Shown in pieces: positions 1 to 6,958 of a stretch of DNA of 10,179 nucleotides (positions within the stretch are counted from its first letter, which is position 1; each line of letters begins with the position of its first letter). The stretch is from contig BBVC01000041.1 of the NCBI GenBank assembly GCA_001192655.1, positions 1 to 10,179 of the forward strand, written 5' to 3'. Source of the DNA: Caedimonas varicaedens. Its GTDB lineage: Bacteria; Pseudomonadota; Alphaproteobacteria; Caedimonadales; Caedimonadaceae. Position numbers and translations under genes: made by a program. The notes under the pieces were generated by a model. It was given only the letters and a program-made list of their open reading frames with translations. It did no database searches and was not told the DNA's origin.

Positions 1-2
1 CT

Positions 3-398
3 CCGGCGCTAACAGGGCATAACAAATCGCTTTTATCCATGCGTCATAATATGCCTGTTGCTTTCTGGGAACCCATTCTCGACGCAACATCAAGCTGGTT
101 CTATCAAAAAGTCTTGTCTGGAACTCCTGAAGAAAGAACAATTCTCATGCACTGCGTTCTTGAATCTGCTTCCTGTATTTTTCATACACAAGCGCAATCC
201 ATGTTTCCCGAAACCAACCATTTTTCCCTACACAGTGAACTTGATCAGGAACATTCCAAAGAAGGATTTGAGGTTCTGAGGAAATATCCTGTTCATGACG
301 TTGAACATTTAAGAGAAATCCTGTGGGAAGGTTGGCGGATGGCCGAATACCTTACCGGGAGTATGGCGCGCTACGCAAAGGGGAAATCTCATCGCTAA
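3..398 (+). CDS. 3' end of a hypothetical protein gene, 5'-truncated by the window edge
   Basis: The frame is open from nt 3, with no stop before the first ATG at 39, and ends at TAA 396-398. It is the only sizeable ORF covering 1-351 on either strand. The product is a soluble, His/Glu-rich C-terminus with no motif I recognise. Its last 47 nt overlap the convergent ATP-grasp gene. Confidence 0.4.
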   Translation, partial: PALTGHNKSLLSMRHNMPVAFWEPILDATSSWFYQKVLSGTPEERTILMHCVLESASCIFHTQAQSMFPETNHFSLHSELDQEHSKEGFEVLRKYPVHDVEHLREILWEGWRMAEYLTGSMARYAKGKSHR

Positions 399-1650
399 AA
401 TGTTTTTCAGGAGCTGAAATTCTTAGAGCGGCATAGAACCACTGACTGAAAAGGGTCATCCTTTCTTGCATTTCCTGCTCACTGCTGGCGGTCATGAGGG
501 AACTTCCCCCCAGAATGCGGTCGATATCCTCTCCAGGAGCCAAAATTTCGCCAATCTCTACAGAAATTTCCCACTGCTTTACCCACGGGAATGGGCAATG
601 ATCAGGAATACTTTCTACTTTTCCGCGAAGATAAGGGAACCAAATCTCTCCGGATAGGTGAAAAGGAGTGGTCGGCATACGAAACGGTGGAAGATCTACA
701 CCATAGTTCATACGAACAAAAGACTGTTTCAAGTCAAGTCCAAAAGAAGATTTCCATGCCTGATTAACACCCTTGCCCCCTACTCTTGATGCAATTTCAC
801 AAAAAACTGGTTCTCTATCTGTTGGAGAGATAAAAAACTCCAGATGGAAAGCTGTATTCTGGGGCGTAGGCATAATACCTAGAATCTTTTCTGCGTAGTG
901 ATTCAACGTGAACGTAAGAGGGTTATCAGCAGCAAGCATATAACTTGATGCACATTTTCCCTGAATCATATTGAGAGGGGGGTGAAAGTAAAGAGAAGGC
1001 CATGAACAGGCTAGTTTTCCCTGTATCATAAGACCATCTACATGATACATTTCTCCCTGGATAAACGCTTCAACTTGATAAAAAGACCGGGGCGCATTCT
1101 GAACAACCTGAACAGCAGCACGAACATCTTTCTCATGATCAAGAACATAAATACCCCGACAACCAGTCGCTCTGCATGGCTTTAAAATTAAAGGATAACC
1201 ATGAGTTTCTGCAAAATCAGACAGATCTGTTAATTTTTCAATTTTCCTGAATGGCGGCACCAAAACATTTGCCTGAGATAAAATCTCTTTCATTTTGACC
1301 TTATCACGAAAAGCAAGAGCGCTTTCACAGGATTGTCCATCCACATTGAGTTCCTGTCTCAGAAAAGCAGCCCGCAGAATATCCTCTTCATCGGGCGCTA
1401 TTATTTTTTGGAAAGCAAAATCCTGATGACACTGCTTGATCATATTTTTGACTTCATGATCATCAGTATAATTTTTGACTGCTCTCACAGCACCAAATTT
1501 TTCTTTTAAAACATCACAGGGAATTTTTTCGATGTCAGATCTGGACATTACTACTATTGTCTTTAGAGAAAGGTCTTTATCAAAAGAAACATCCTGTAAC
1601 CACTCTATTGAAGGGCATAATGTTAAATATTGAAGAGACTTTTTTTTCAT
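352..1650 (-). CDS. ATP-grasp fold carboxylate-amine ligase (ATP-grasp_4 / L-amino-acid-ligase-like), substrate unknown
   Basis: The ORF runs 352-1677 on the minus strand. The motif GYPLILKP..G.RGIYV (nt 1177-1200) is the ATP-binding Lys strand. VEAFIQGEMYHVDG and HLEFF...FCEIASRVGG (EIASRVGG = nt 775-798) match the E-I-A-x-R-x-G-G Mg/ATP loop of PurK/LAL-type ATP-grasps. A pre-ATP-grasp N-domain is also present. I prefer the ATG at 1650 (MKKKSLQYL) because AGGA lies 8 nt upstream (1659-1662). The ATG at 1677 has no Shine-Dalgarno sequence. Confidence 0.8.
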   Translation of the reverse strand: MKKKSLQYLTLCPSIEWLQDVSFDKDLSLKTIVVMSRSDIEKIPCDVLKEKFGAVRAVKNYTDDHEVKNMIKQCHQDFAFQKIIAPDEEDILRAAFLRQELNVDGQSCESALAFRDKVKMKEILSQANVLVPPFRKIEKLTDLSDFAETHGYPLILKPCRATGCRGIYVLDHEKDVRAAVQVVQNAPRSFYQVEAFIQGEMYHVDGLMIQGKLACSWPSLYFHPPLNMIQGKCASSYMLAADNPLTFTLNHYAEKILGIMPTPQNTAFHLEFFISPTDREPVFCEIASRVGGKGVNQAWKSSFGLDLKQSFVRMNYGVDLPPFRMPTTPFHLSGEIWFPYLRGKVESIPDHCPFPWVKQWEISVEIGEILAPGEDIDRILGGSSLMTASSEQEMQERMTLFSQWFYAALRISAPEKHFSDEISPLRSAPYSR

Positions 1651-1775
1651 TTCTGCATTCCTTTTATTTTCAAACATTACATATGCTTATATAAATAAAG
1701 GAAATTATTTAATAGTATATTAAGAAGATAGTGTTAAGATAATTTTATGTAGAGTAACTGATTTTTTACACAAGA
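1651..1775. promoter_or_regulatory. AT-rich divergent intergenic region, presumed to hold promoters for the ATP-grasp gene and the GGDEF-EAL operon
   Basis: This is about 100-125 nt of very AT-rich sequence between two divergently oriented start codons. Several TATA-rich hexamers are present, but I cannot assign unique -35/-10 pairs. Confidence 0.35.
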
Positions 1776-3527
1776 ATGACCAAAAAAAAACAACCCCTTA
1801 AAGAAGATGCCGCTCTTGAATCCTTATCCCTGCTAAAGGCGACTCTGGAATCTACCGCCGATGGCATTCTGGTGGTCAATACAGAAGGCATAATCGCCAG
1901 CTACAACCAGAAATTCCGTAATATGTGGGGTATACCTGAGCAAGTACTTGCAAATAAGGAAGATGAGAAAGCCGTTTCCTATGTTCTCAACAGCCTAAAA
2001 GATCCCCAACTATTTATTGCAAAACTTCAAGAGCTTTACGCCACTCCAGAAAGTAATTGCTTTGATGAAATTGAATTGAAAGATGGACGAATTTTTGAAC
2101 GTTATTCCATTCCCCAAAAAATGGGAGACAAAATTGTGGGACGTGTGTTCAGTTTTCGAGATGTGACCGAACGCAAATCCATGGAACAGCAGCTTCTCTA
2201 TCAAGCCACTCATGACAGTTTGACTGATTTACCCAATCGTACGCTCTTGTACGATCGAATTACTGAGAATATCAAAAATGCGAAACGTCATAATTATATC
2301 ATGGCTGTAGCTCTTTTTGACTTGAATCGATTTAAAGGAGTGAACGATGGTTTGGGGCATGAGGCGGGTGATTTACTGCTACAGCTAGTTGCCAAACGGA
2401 TGAGCAGAACCATTCGGGAAACTGACACCCTGGCGCGCCTGGGTGGGGATGAGTTCGTCCTTGTCATCAATGAACTTACGGATCAAAGTGAAGTATTTCC
2501 CATTATTGAGCGTTGTTTATCCATTTTCAACAAATCTTTTAAAATTCATCAACATAGCATCAGTACATCAGCCAGCATGGGAATCAGCATGTTTCCCACA
2601 CATGGAGCGACAGCCCAGGAACTTTTGAAATATGCTGACTCTGCCATGTACCATGCCAAAAATCAGGGCGGTCACAAAGGATATCAATTTTATGGTTCCT
2701 ACATGACAGATAAAGCGGTAGAGACGCTTGATCTGGAGAATGACCTTCATAACGCTATACAACAACAGCAATTTTCCCTTTTTTATCAACCTATTCTTGA
2801 TCTTAAGACCGAACTTGTTCAAGGAGCAGAAGCCCTTTTGCGCTGGATCCATCCCACAAAAGGGATTATTGGTCCTGACAAGTTTATCCCGCTGGCGGAA
2901 GAAACAGGGCTGATTGTTCCTATTGGAGCCTGGGTGTTAAACGAAGTGGGAAGGCAACTGAAAGAGTGGGAAGCCTTAGAACTTCCCCGTTTCTTTGTTT
3001 CCTTTAATGTAAGCGTGCAACAGTTTAAGGACAGAAATTTTTTGGGGGAGATGGAAAAAATGATTTCGTCAAATAAGATTAACCCTAAATCCCTCGAAGT
3101 AGAAATCACTGAAACAGGGCTGATGAGCAATGCAACATTGTTTCTGAACTCTCTTAAATGGCTTGAAAGCAAGGGAATTGCCCTGGTTGTCGATGACTTT
3201 GGAACAGGCTACTCTAACCTGAACTATCTTAATATCCTTCCTATAAATAAGTTGAAAATTGATAAATCCTTTATTCAGGATGATTCGGGAAAAGGTCATA
3301 ATATAGCGCTTTCTATCCTTGCATTGGCTAAAAAATTAAAGCTCAAAGTCGTTGCAGAAGGTGTAGAAACAAAAGAACAGCTCGATTTTTTGAAGAAAAA
3401 TCAATGCGATGAAGTGCAAGGTTACTATTTTTCCAAACCTATAGAGAGTGAACACTTTATTGTCTTTGTTAAAGAGAATAGAATATTAAATGAGAAACAC
3501 TCCAACAATAATCAGGTTATTGCTTGA
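1776..3527 (+). CDS. Cytoplasmic PAS-GGDEF-EAL protein (putative bifunctional diguanylate cyclase / c-di-GMP phosphodiesterase)
   Basis: PAS S-box-like N-terminus: LESTADGILVVNTEGIIASYNQKFRNMWGIP ... GRVFSFRDVTERK. Linker: ATHDSLTDLPNR. The GGDEF motif is intact (nt 2442-2456), with an RxxD I-site (RETD, nt 2415-2426) exactly 5 residues upstream. The EAL motif is intact (nt 2829-2837), together with N(VS), EVEITE, DDFGTGYS, KIDKSF, AEGVET and QGYYFSKP. No hydrophobic transmembrane segments are present. Confidence 0.93.
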   Translation: MTKKKQPLKEDAALESLSLLKATLESTADGILVVNTEGIIASYNQKFRNMWGIPEQVLANKEDEKAVSYVLNSLKDPQLFIAKLQELYATPESNCFDEIELKDGRIFERYSIPQKMGDKIVGRVFSFRDVTERKSMEQQLLYQATHDSLTDLPNRTLLYDRITENIKNAKRHNYIMAVALFDLNRFKGVNDGLGHEAGDLLLQLVAKRMSRTIRETDTLARLGGDEFVLVINELTDQSEVFPIIERCLSIFNKSFKIHQHSISTSASMGISMFPTHGATAQELLKYADSAMYHAKNQGGHKGYQFYGSYMTDKAVETLDLENDLHNAIQQQQFSLFYQPILDLKTELVQGAEALLRWIHPTKGIIGPDKFIPLAEETGLIVPIGAWVLNEVGRQLKEWEALELPRFFVSFNVSVQQFKDRNFLGEMEKMISSNKINPKSLEVEITETGLMSNATLFLNSLKWLESKGIALVVDDFGTGYSNLNYLNILPINKLKIDKSFIQDDSGKGHNIALSILALAKKLKLKVVAEGVETKEQLDFLKKNQCDEVQGYYFSKPIESEHFIVFVKENRILNEKHSNNNQVIA

Positions 3528-3540
3528 CAAGGAGAGCTAT

Positions 3541-4614
3541 ATGTCTTCCATCACCCACCCTCAAGCAAGGGGAAGCCTTTCTGGTCTTGACCTGCCAGGA
3601 CCTATTAAAAAAATTTACTATACTGAGAATGCGTACCGGTTTGACTTGTCGAACAGTACTAATCCTTATGCAGGCACCTATGGGGAATATCCCTCGCTGA
3701 ATCCTTTGGAGTTAAAGAGTTTATATCTTGAAACAATTTCCAATATAAACACGAACTTTTACCCTGATATAAAATTTCCAAAAGTAGCACAAGACCAACT
3801 TTTGTTTACAGTTGGTTCTATCGAAGGCATCGACCTTGTGCTTCGCTCTTTTTGCGAACCCCATAAAGATTCCATATGCACCCTTGACCCTACTTTCCCT
3901 GCCTATGCGCATTGGGCTAAAATTCATGGGGTACGGGTTAAAAGCGTTCCCATGCGCGGCGATACTTTCGGATATATTGATGTTCAGGAAATTACCCGAG
4001 AAAATCCAAAAATACTCTTTATTTGTAATCCCAACAACCCCACTGGCACGATCATCCAGAATGAAACTATCTTGAAAATATGCCATTCCATTAACGGACT
4101 GGTTGTCGTTGATGAGGCTTATATTGAATTTTCAGAGCAACCTTCCATGCTTCAATATCTTTCTGCCACCAAAAACCTTATTATTTTAAGAACGCTTTCC
4201 AAGGCATGGGGAATGGCAGGATTAAGGTGTGGAGTTGTTCTTGCTGATCCTGAAATCATTAATACGCTGCGCTATATTCAAATCCCCTTTGGGCTATCAA
4301 GCCCTTCTCAAAAACTGATCAGGAAAGAGCTGGAGAATCCCACAAAAATTATTGATTCCTGGCAGAAAATTAAAAATGAACGGGATCGGCTATTTTCCAT
4401 TTTATCTCAAATGAAAGCCATCAAGAAAATTTATAAAAGCCACACAAATTTTATGCTCATGCAACTTAATAACTATGCTTTTTATATGCAGGAACTTCAA
4501 AAAGCAGATGTCTGCGTAGCAGATTGCACACATATCCTTTCTGACAGCATAAAAGTTTCTATTTCTACGCCAACGGCTCATAGAGTGTTTATCAAAGCCC
4601 TGTCACGGACATAA
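3541..4614 (+). CDS. HisC-family class-II PLP-dependent aminotransferase (histidinol-phosphate aminotransferase-like, possibly with a different substrate)
   Basis: Motifs present: RSFCEPHKD, NPNNPTG, VVDEAYIEF and ILRTLSKAWGMAGLRCG (PLP Lys codon at 4201-4203). These closely parallel E. coli HisC as I recall it (RAFCEPGKD, NPNNPTG, DEAYIEF, ILRTLSKAFALAGLRCG). I chose the start at 3541 (MSSITHPQ) because GGAG at 3531-3534 sits 6 nt upstream. The ATG at 3490 would overlap the upstream gene. There is a 13-nt gap after the GGDEF-EAL stop, so the two genes are probably co-transcribed. Confidence 0.85.
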   Translation: MSSITHPQARGSLSGLDLPGPIKKIYYTENAYRFDLSNSTNPYAGTYGEYPSLNPLELKSLYLETISNINTNFYPDIKFPKVAQDQLLFTVGSIEGIDLVLRSFCEPHKDSICTLDPTFPAYAHWAKIHGVRVKSVPMRGDTFGYIDVQEITRENPKILFICNPNNPTGTIIQNETILKICHSINGLVVVDEAYIEFSEQPSMLQYLSATKNLIILRTLSKAWGMAGLRCGVVLADPEIINTLRYIQIPFGLSSPSQKLIRKELENPTKIIDSWQKIKNERDRLFSILSQMKAIKKIYKSHTNFMLMQLNNYAFYMQELQKADVCVADCTHILSDSIKVSISTPTAHRVFIKALSRT

Positions 4615-4649
4615 AATAATACAATCAAAAGCTTTGCTCTTTGTCTATT

Positions 4650-4673
4650 AGGTCGTAGCTCCAGACCTTTTTT
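4650..4673 (+). terminator. Possible rho-independent terminator after the aminotransferase gene
   Basis: aggtc (4650-4654) pairs with gacct (4664-4668) across a 9-nt loop and is followed by TTTTT (4669-4673). The stem is short (5 bp), so this is tentative. Confidence 0.4.
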
Positions 4674-4727
4674 ATAAATTATTCCAAAATAAAAAATCTC
4701 TCGGACTCTTAAGTATTTATTTACTAT

Positions 4728-4755
4728 TTGTTCGCTAGAATCTGATTTGTAATAT
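4728..4755 (+). promoter_or_regulatory. Candidate sigma70-type promoter for the secreted-protein gene
   Basis: TTGTTC (4728-4733), a 16-nt spacer, then TAATAT (4750-4755). AGGGAG (4761-4766) lies 10 nt upstream of ATG 4777. AT-rich DNA produces many such matches by chance. Confidence 0.3.
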
Positions 4756-4776
4756 TTTTAAGGGAGTTCTCAAAAA

Positions 4777-5631
4777 ATGAAAAAGAAAATGATCATGTTA
4801 GCAGCCTTTGCTTTTGCACTTACATGCACGCCGCATGTTGCACAAGCGAGTTATTTGGAAAAATTCATAGGAGTCATAAGCCAGGGTACAGCAGCTGAAA
4901 AAATATGTCGCAAGGCCAGCTTTTTTGGAGGAGTTTTTAGTATACGTTCGTTCGAAGGTCGGGCGTGTAGCATTAAACTTATCGGTGCTTTTGCGGAAAC
5001 TGTTTGTCCTGAAAAAGCGGGTGATTATATGAGCTCTCAATGCCATGGCATTGCTGTAAAAGCGTTGGGTGGTCAAGATGCCAGAATAGTTCTGGCACAG
5101 GAAATTAGCAAAATATCTAACAGCGCACGAAATTCGTTTTGTGCTAAAGCCGGAAATGTGAACCCAGCTTTAAGTGTCGCTTGTGCTAAAGCCTCTACCA
5201 TGAAACCAGAGACAGATGGAACAACAGGAGATTCTGCTTCACAGACAAACGTAGTAAAAATAGAAAGAACTCCTGCACCTCTTACAAGAAACGTAGGAAA
5301 AATAGAAAGTGCACCTCTTACAAAAATAGAAAAACAAATGGCAATCACCGAGATTACTCAGGAAAAACAGAAAATAGAGACTCTTCAACAGAAAGTCCAA
5401 AAAGCGCCACAAATAGTTATGACGAAGCGTGGCGAATCTCTCTCTTCGGCAAAAGAAAAAGAGACGAAAGCAAGACTATTGGAAGCCGCTCAAAAACTGT
5501 CTGAAGCCATGAAAGGGCTTAGTGAATCGGCAAAATCAGTGGAAACAGGGGATATAACTCAAGAAGAAGTACAAAAAGAACTTGAGAAAGCGAAAACTGT
5601 TGAGAACGAAGTTGCGCAGGACCTAGAGTAG
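4777..5631 (+). CDS. Secreted hypothetical protein: signal peptide, six-Cys domain, short tandem repeats, Lys/Glu-rich coiled-coil tail
   Basis: N-terminus MKKKMIMLAAFAFALTCTPHVAQA|SY has an AXA-type signal peptidase I site. The mature part has Cys at residues 44, 64, 77, 89, 122 and 136. A KIE-x/APLT repeat block is followed by a charged helical C-terminus (EKETKARLLEAAQKLSEAMKGL...QKELEKAKTVENE). I recognise no family. Confidence 0.7.
   Translation: MKKKMIMLAAFAFALTCTPHVAQASYLEKFIGVISQGTAAEKICRKASFFGGVFSIRSFEGRACSIKLIGAFAETVCPEKAGDYMSSQCHGIAVKALGGQDARIVLAQEISKISNSARNSFCAKAGNVNPALSVACAKASTMKPETDGTTGDSASQTNVVKIERTPAPLTRNVGKIESAPLTKIEKQMAITEITQEKQKIETLQQKVQKAPQIVMTKRGESLSSAKEKETKARLLEAAQKLSEAMKGLSESAKSVETGDITQEEVQKELEKAKTVENEVAQDLE
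5251..5334 (+). repeat. Imperfect in-frame tandem duplication inside the secreted-protein gene
   Basis: gtagtaaaaatagaaagaactcctgcacctcttacaagaaac (5251-5292) is followed by gtaggaaaaatagaaagtgcacctcttacaaaaatagaaaaa (5293-5334). The encoded units are VVKIERTPAPLTRN and VGKIES--APLTKIEK. The second unit lacks 6 nt (TP) and runs into a third KIE. Confidence 0.75.
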
Positions 5632-5666
5632 AACATAGTGTAAAATAAAAAGTATTCAGCCTAAAA

Positions 5667-5730
5667 TGCCCAGGATCGAACGGGTACGGGAAAATCAAGT
5701 CCCTTATCAGTTCACCTGGGCATAATTTTT
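5667..5730 (+). terminator. Nested long hairpin plus T-run, a possible terminator of the secreted-protein gene or a structured RNA element
   Basis: tgcccagg (5667-5674) is the exact reverse complement of cctgggca (5715-5722). Inner pairs are gaac/gttc (5677-5680 / 5710-5713) and ggg/ccc (5688-5690 / 5701-5703). The structure is followed by taaTTTTT (5726-5730). The 40-nt interior is atypical for a simple intrinsic terminator. Confidence 0.35.
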
Positions 5731-5894
5731 CCAGAAACTACTTCATGTAAAATCGTCAGAAGTTCAGCTTCATCTCTCCCTCAATATATAATTCCCTTTA
5801 AAACTCCTTGTTGTTCTCTTGCGTTTTTAAAGCCACTGTGGAACAATCAGCGGCGATACATTTATAACCTGTAACTTTTGGAGCATCTATAAGG

Positions 5895-6941
5895 ATGGAC
5901 AAGCAGAAAGCATTGGAAGCGGCTCTTTCCCAGATTGAACGAGCCTTTGGCAAGGGATCCATTATGAAACTGGGGCAACAGGAAGCGCTTGAAGTTGAAT
6001 CTATTTCCACGGGTTCCCTGGGACTGGATATTGCCCTGGGAATTGGCGGATTACCGCGCGGACGAATTATTGAGATTTACGGTCCCGAAAGTTCAGGAAA
6101 AACGACTCTTGCTCTGCACTGTATTGCGGAAGCTCAGAAAAAGGGAGGTCTCTGCGCCTTTGTAGATGCTGAACATGCGCTGGATCCTGTTTATGCTCGC
6201 AAACTGGGTGTGAATATCGATGAACTTTTGATCTCACAACCGGATGCAGGCGAGCAGGCTTTGGAAATTGCCGACACGCTTGTTCGTTCAGGAAGCATTG
6301 ACGTTCTGGTTATTGACAGCGTTGCCGCCCTCGTACCAAAAGCGGAACTTGAAGGAGATATGGGAGATTCTCATATGGGGCTTCAGGCGCGCCTTATGAG
6401 TCAGGCTCTCAGAAAATTGACAGGTTCCATCTCCAAGTCAGGGGGAATGGTAATTTTTATCAACCAAATCCGACAGAAAATCGGCGTTATCTTTGGTAAT
6501 CCAGAAACCACAACAGGAGGAAATGCCTTAAAGTTTTACGCATCTGTCCGCATAGACATTCGTCGTATCGGGGCTATCAAGAATCGCGATGAAGTTATCG
6601 GCAATCAAACGCGCGTTAAAATCGTGAAAAATAAAGTCGCTCCCCCTTTTAAAGTGGTTGAGTTTGATATTATGTACGGTGAAGGAATTTCTAAAACAGG
6701 TGAGATTTTGGATCTGGGCGTTAAGGCTGAGGTTATTGAAAAATCAGGAGCATGGTACTCTTATAATGAACAGCGTATCGGACAAGGACGTGAAGCTGCC
6801 AAGCAATTCCTGAAAGATAATCCAGAAATGAGTGCCAAAATTGAGCAGGAAATCCGCGGAAATTCGGGAGTGGTTGCCCAGGCGCTTGCGATTGGAGCGC
6901 CCTTCGAAGATTCGGTATCTTCTGATACAGACGCAGCCTGA
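5895..6941 (+). CDS. recA: Recombinase RecA
   Basis: Full-length 348 aa. Contains the Walker A motif [19 protein letters not shown], the L2 region [19 protein letters not shown] and an acidic C-terminal tail. The N-terminus [27 protein letters not shown] is typical of alphaproteobacterial RecA. Confidence 0.98.
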   Translation: MDKQKALEAALSQIERAFGKGSIMKLGQQEALEVESISTGSLGLDIALGIGGLPRGRIIEIYGPESSGKTTLALHCIAEAQKKGGLCAFVDAEHALDPVYARKLGVNIDELLISQPDAGEQALEIADTLVRSGSIDVLVIDSVAALVPKAELEGDMGDSHMGLQARLMSQALRKLTGSISKSGGMVIFINQIRQKIGVIFGNPETTTGGNALKFYASVRIDIRRIGAIKNRDEVIGNQTRVKIVKNKVAPPFKVVEFDIMYGEGISKTGEILDLGVKAEVIEKSGAWYSYNEQRIGQGREAAKQFLKDNPEMSAKIEQEIRGNSGVVAQALAIGAPFEDSVSSDTDAA

Positions 6942-6958
6942 ATTCTGCGAGCTGCACA

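Noticed and set aside
58-279. 73-aa ORF in an alternative + frame at the left edge, plus the 63-aa + ORF at 466-657
   Set aside because: The first is nested inside the longer edge-open frame (3-398) and the second is antisense to the ATP-grasp gene. Neither has supporting signals.
3490-3540. Upstream ATG (3490) that would give the aminotransferase a 374-aa form
   Set aside because: It would overlap the last 38 nt of the GGDEF-EAL gene and has no Shine-Dalgarno sequence. The ATG at 3541 has GGAG at the correct spacing, and the protein is HisC-length from there.
4615-4776. Possible c-di-GMP riboswitch or other leader RNA upstream of the secreted-protein gene, considered because of the neighbouring GGDEF-EAL gene
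   Set aside because: The region is AT-rich with no GC-rich paired elements resembling GEMM motifs. Only a short terminator-like hairpin and a promoter-like pair are visible.
5667-5722. tRNA or tRNA-fragment (att-site-like) reading of the minus-strand GTTCGATCC motif
   Set aside because: The putative T-stem has two mismatches out of five. The element is only 56 nt and has no D arm, anticodon arm or CCA-compatible acceptor end. It is not a tRNA, and I cannot support a tRNA-derived att remnant.
5666-5725. 19-codon ORF (MPRIERVRENQVPYQFTWA) coinciding exactly with the nested hairpin
   Set aside because: No Shine-Dalgarno sequence lies upstream. The ATG and TAA are by-products of the palindromic arms (the minus strand symmetrically reads ATG CCC AGG TGA). 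There is no evidence of coding.
5632-5894. LexA/SOS operator upstream of recA
   Set aside because: I checked every GTTC and GAAC in the region. None is followed by a second copy at N7, and the CTG...CAG pair at 5837-5851 has 9-nt rather than 10-nt spacing.
5798-6010. 70-aa minus-strand ORF spanning the recA start
   Set aside because: It overlaps the conserved RecA N-terminus in antisense and has no recognisable features, so it is a shadow ORF.
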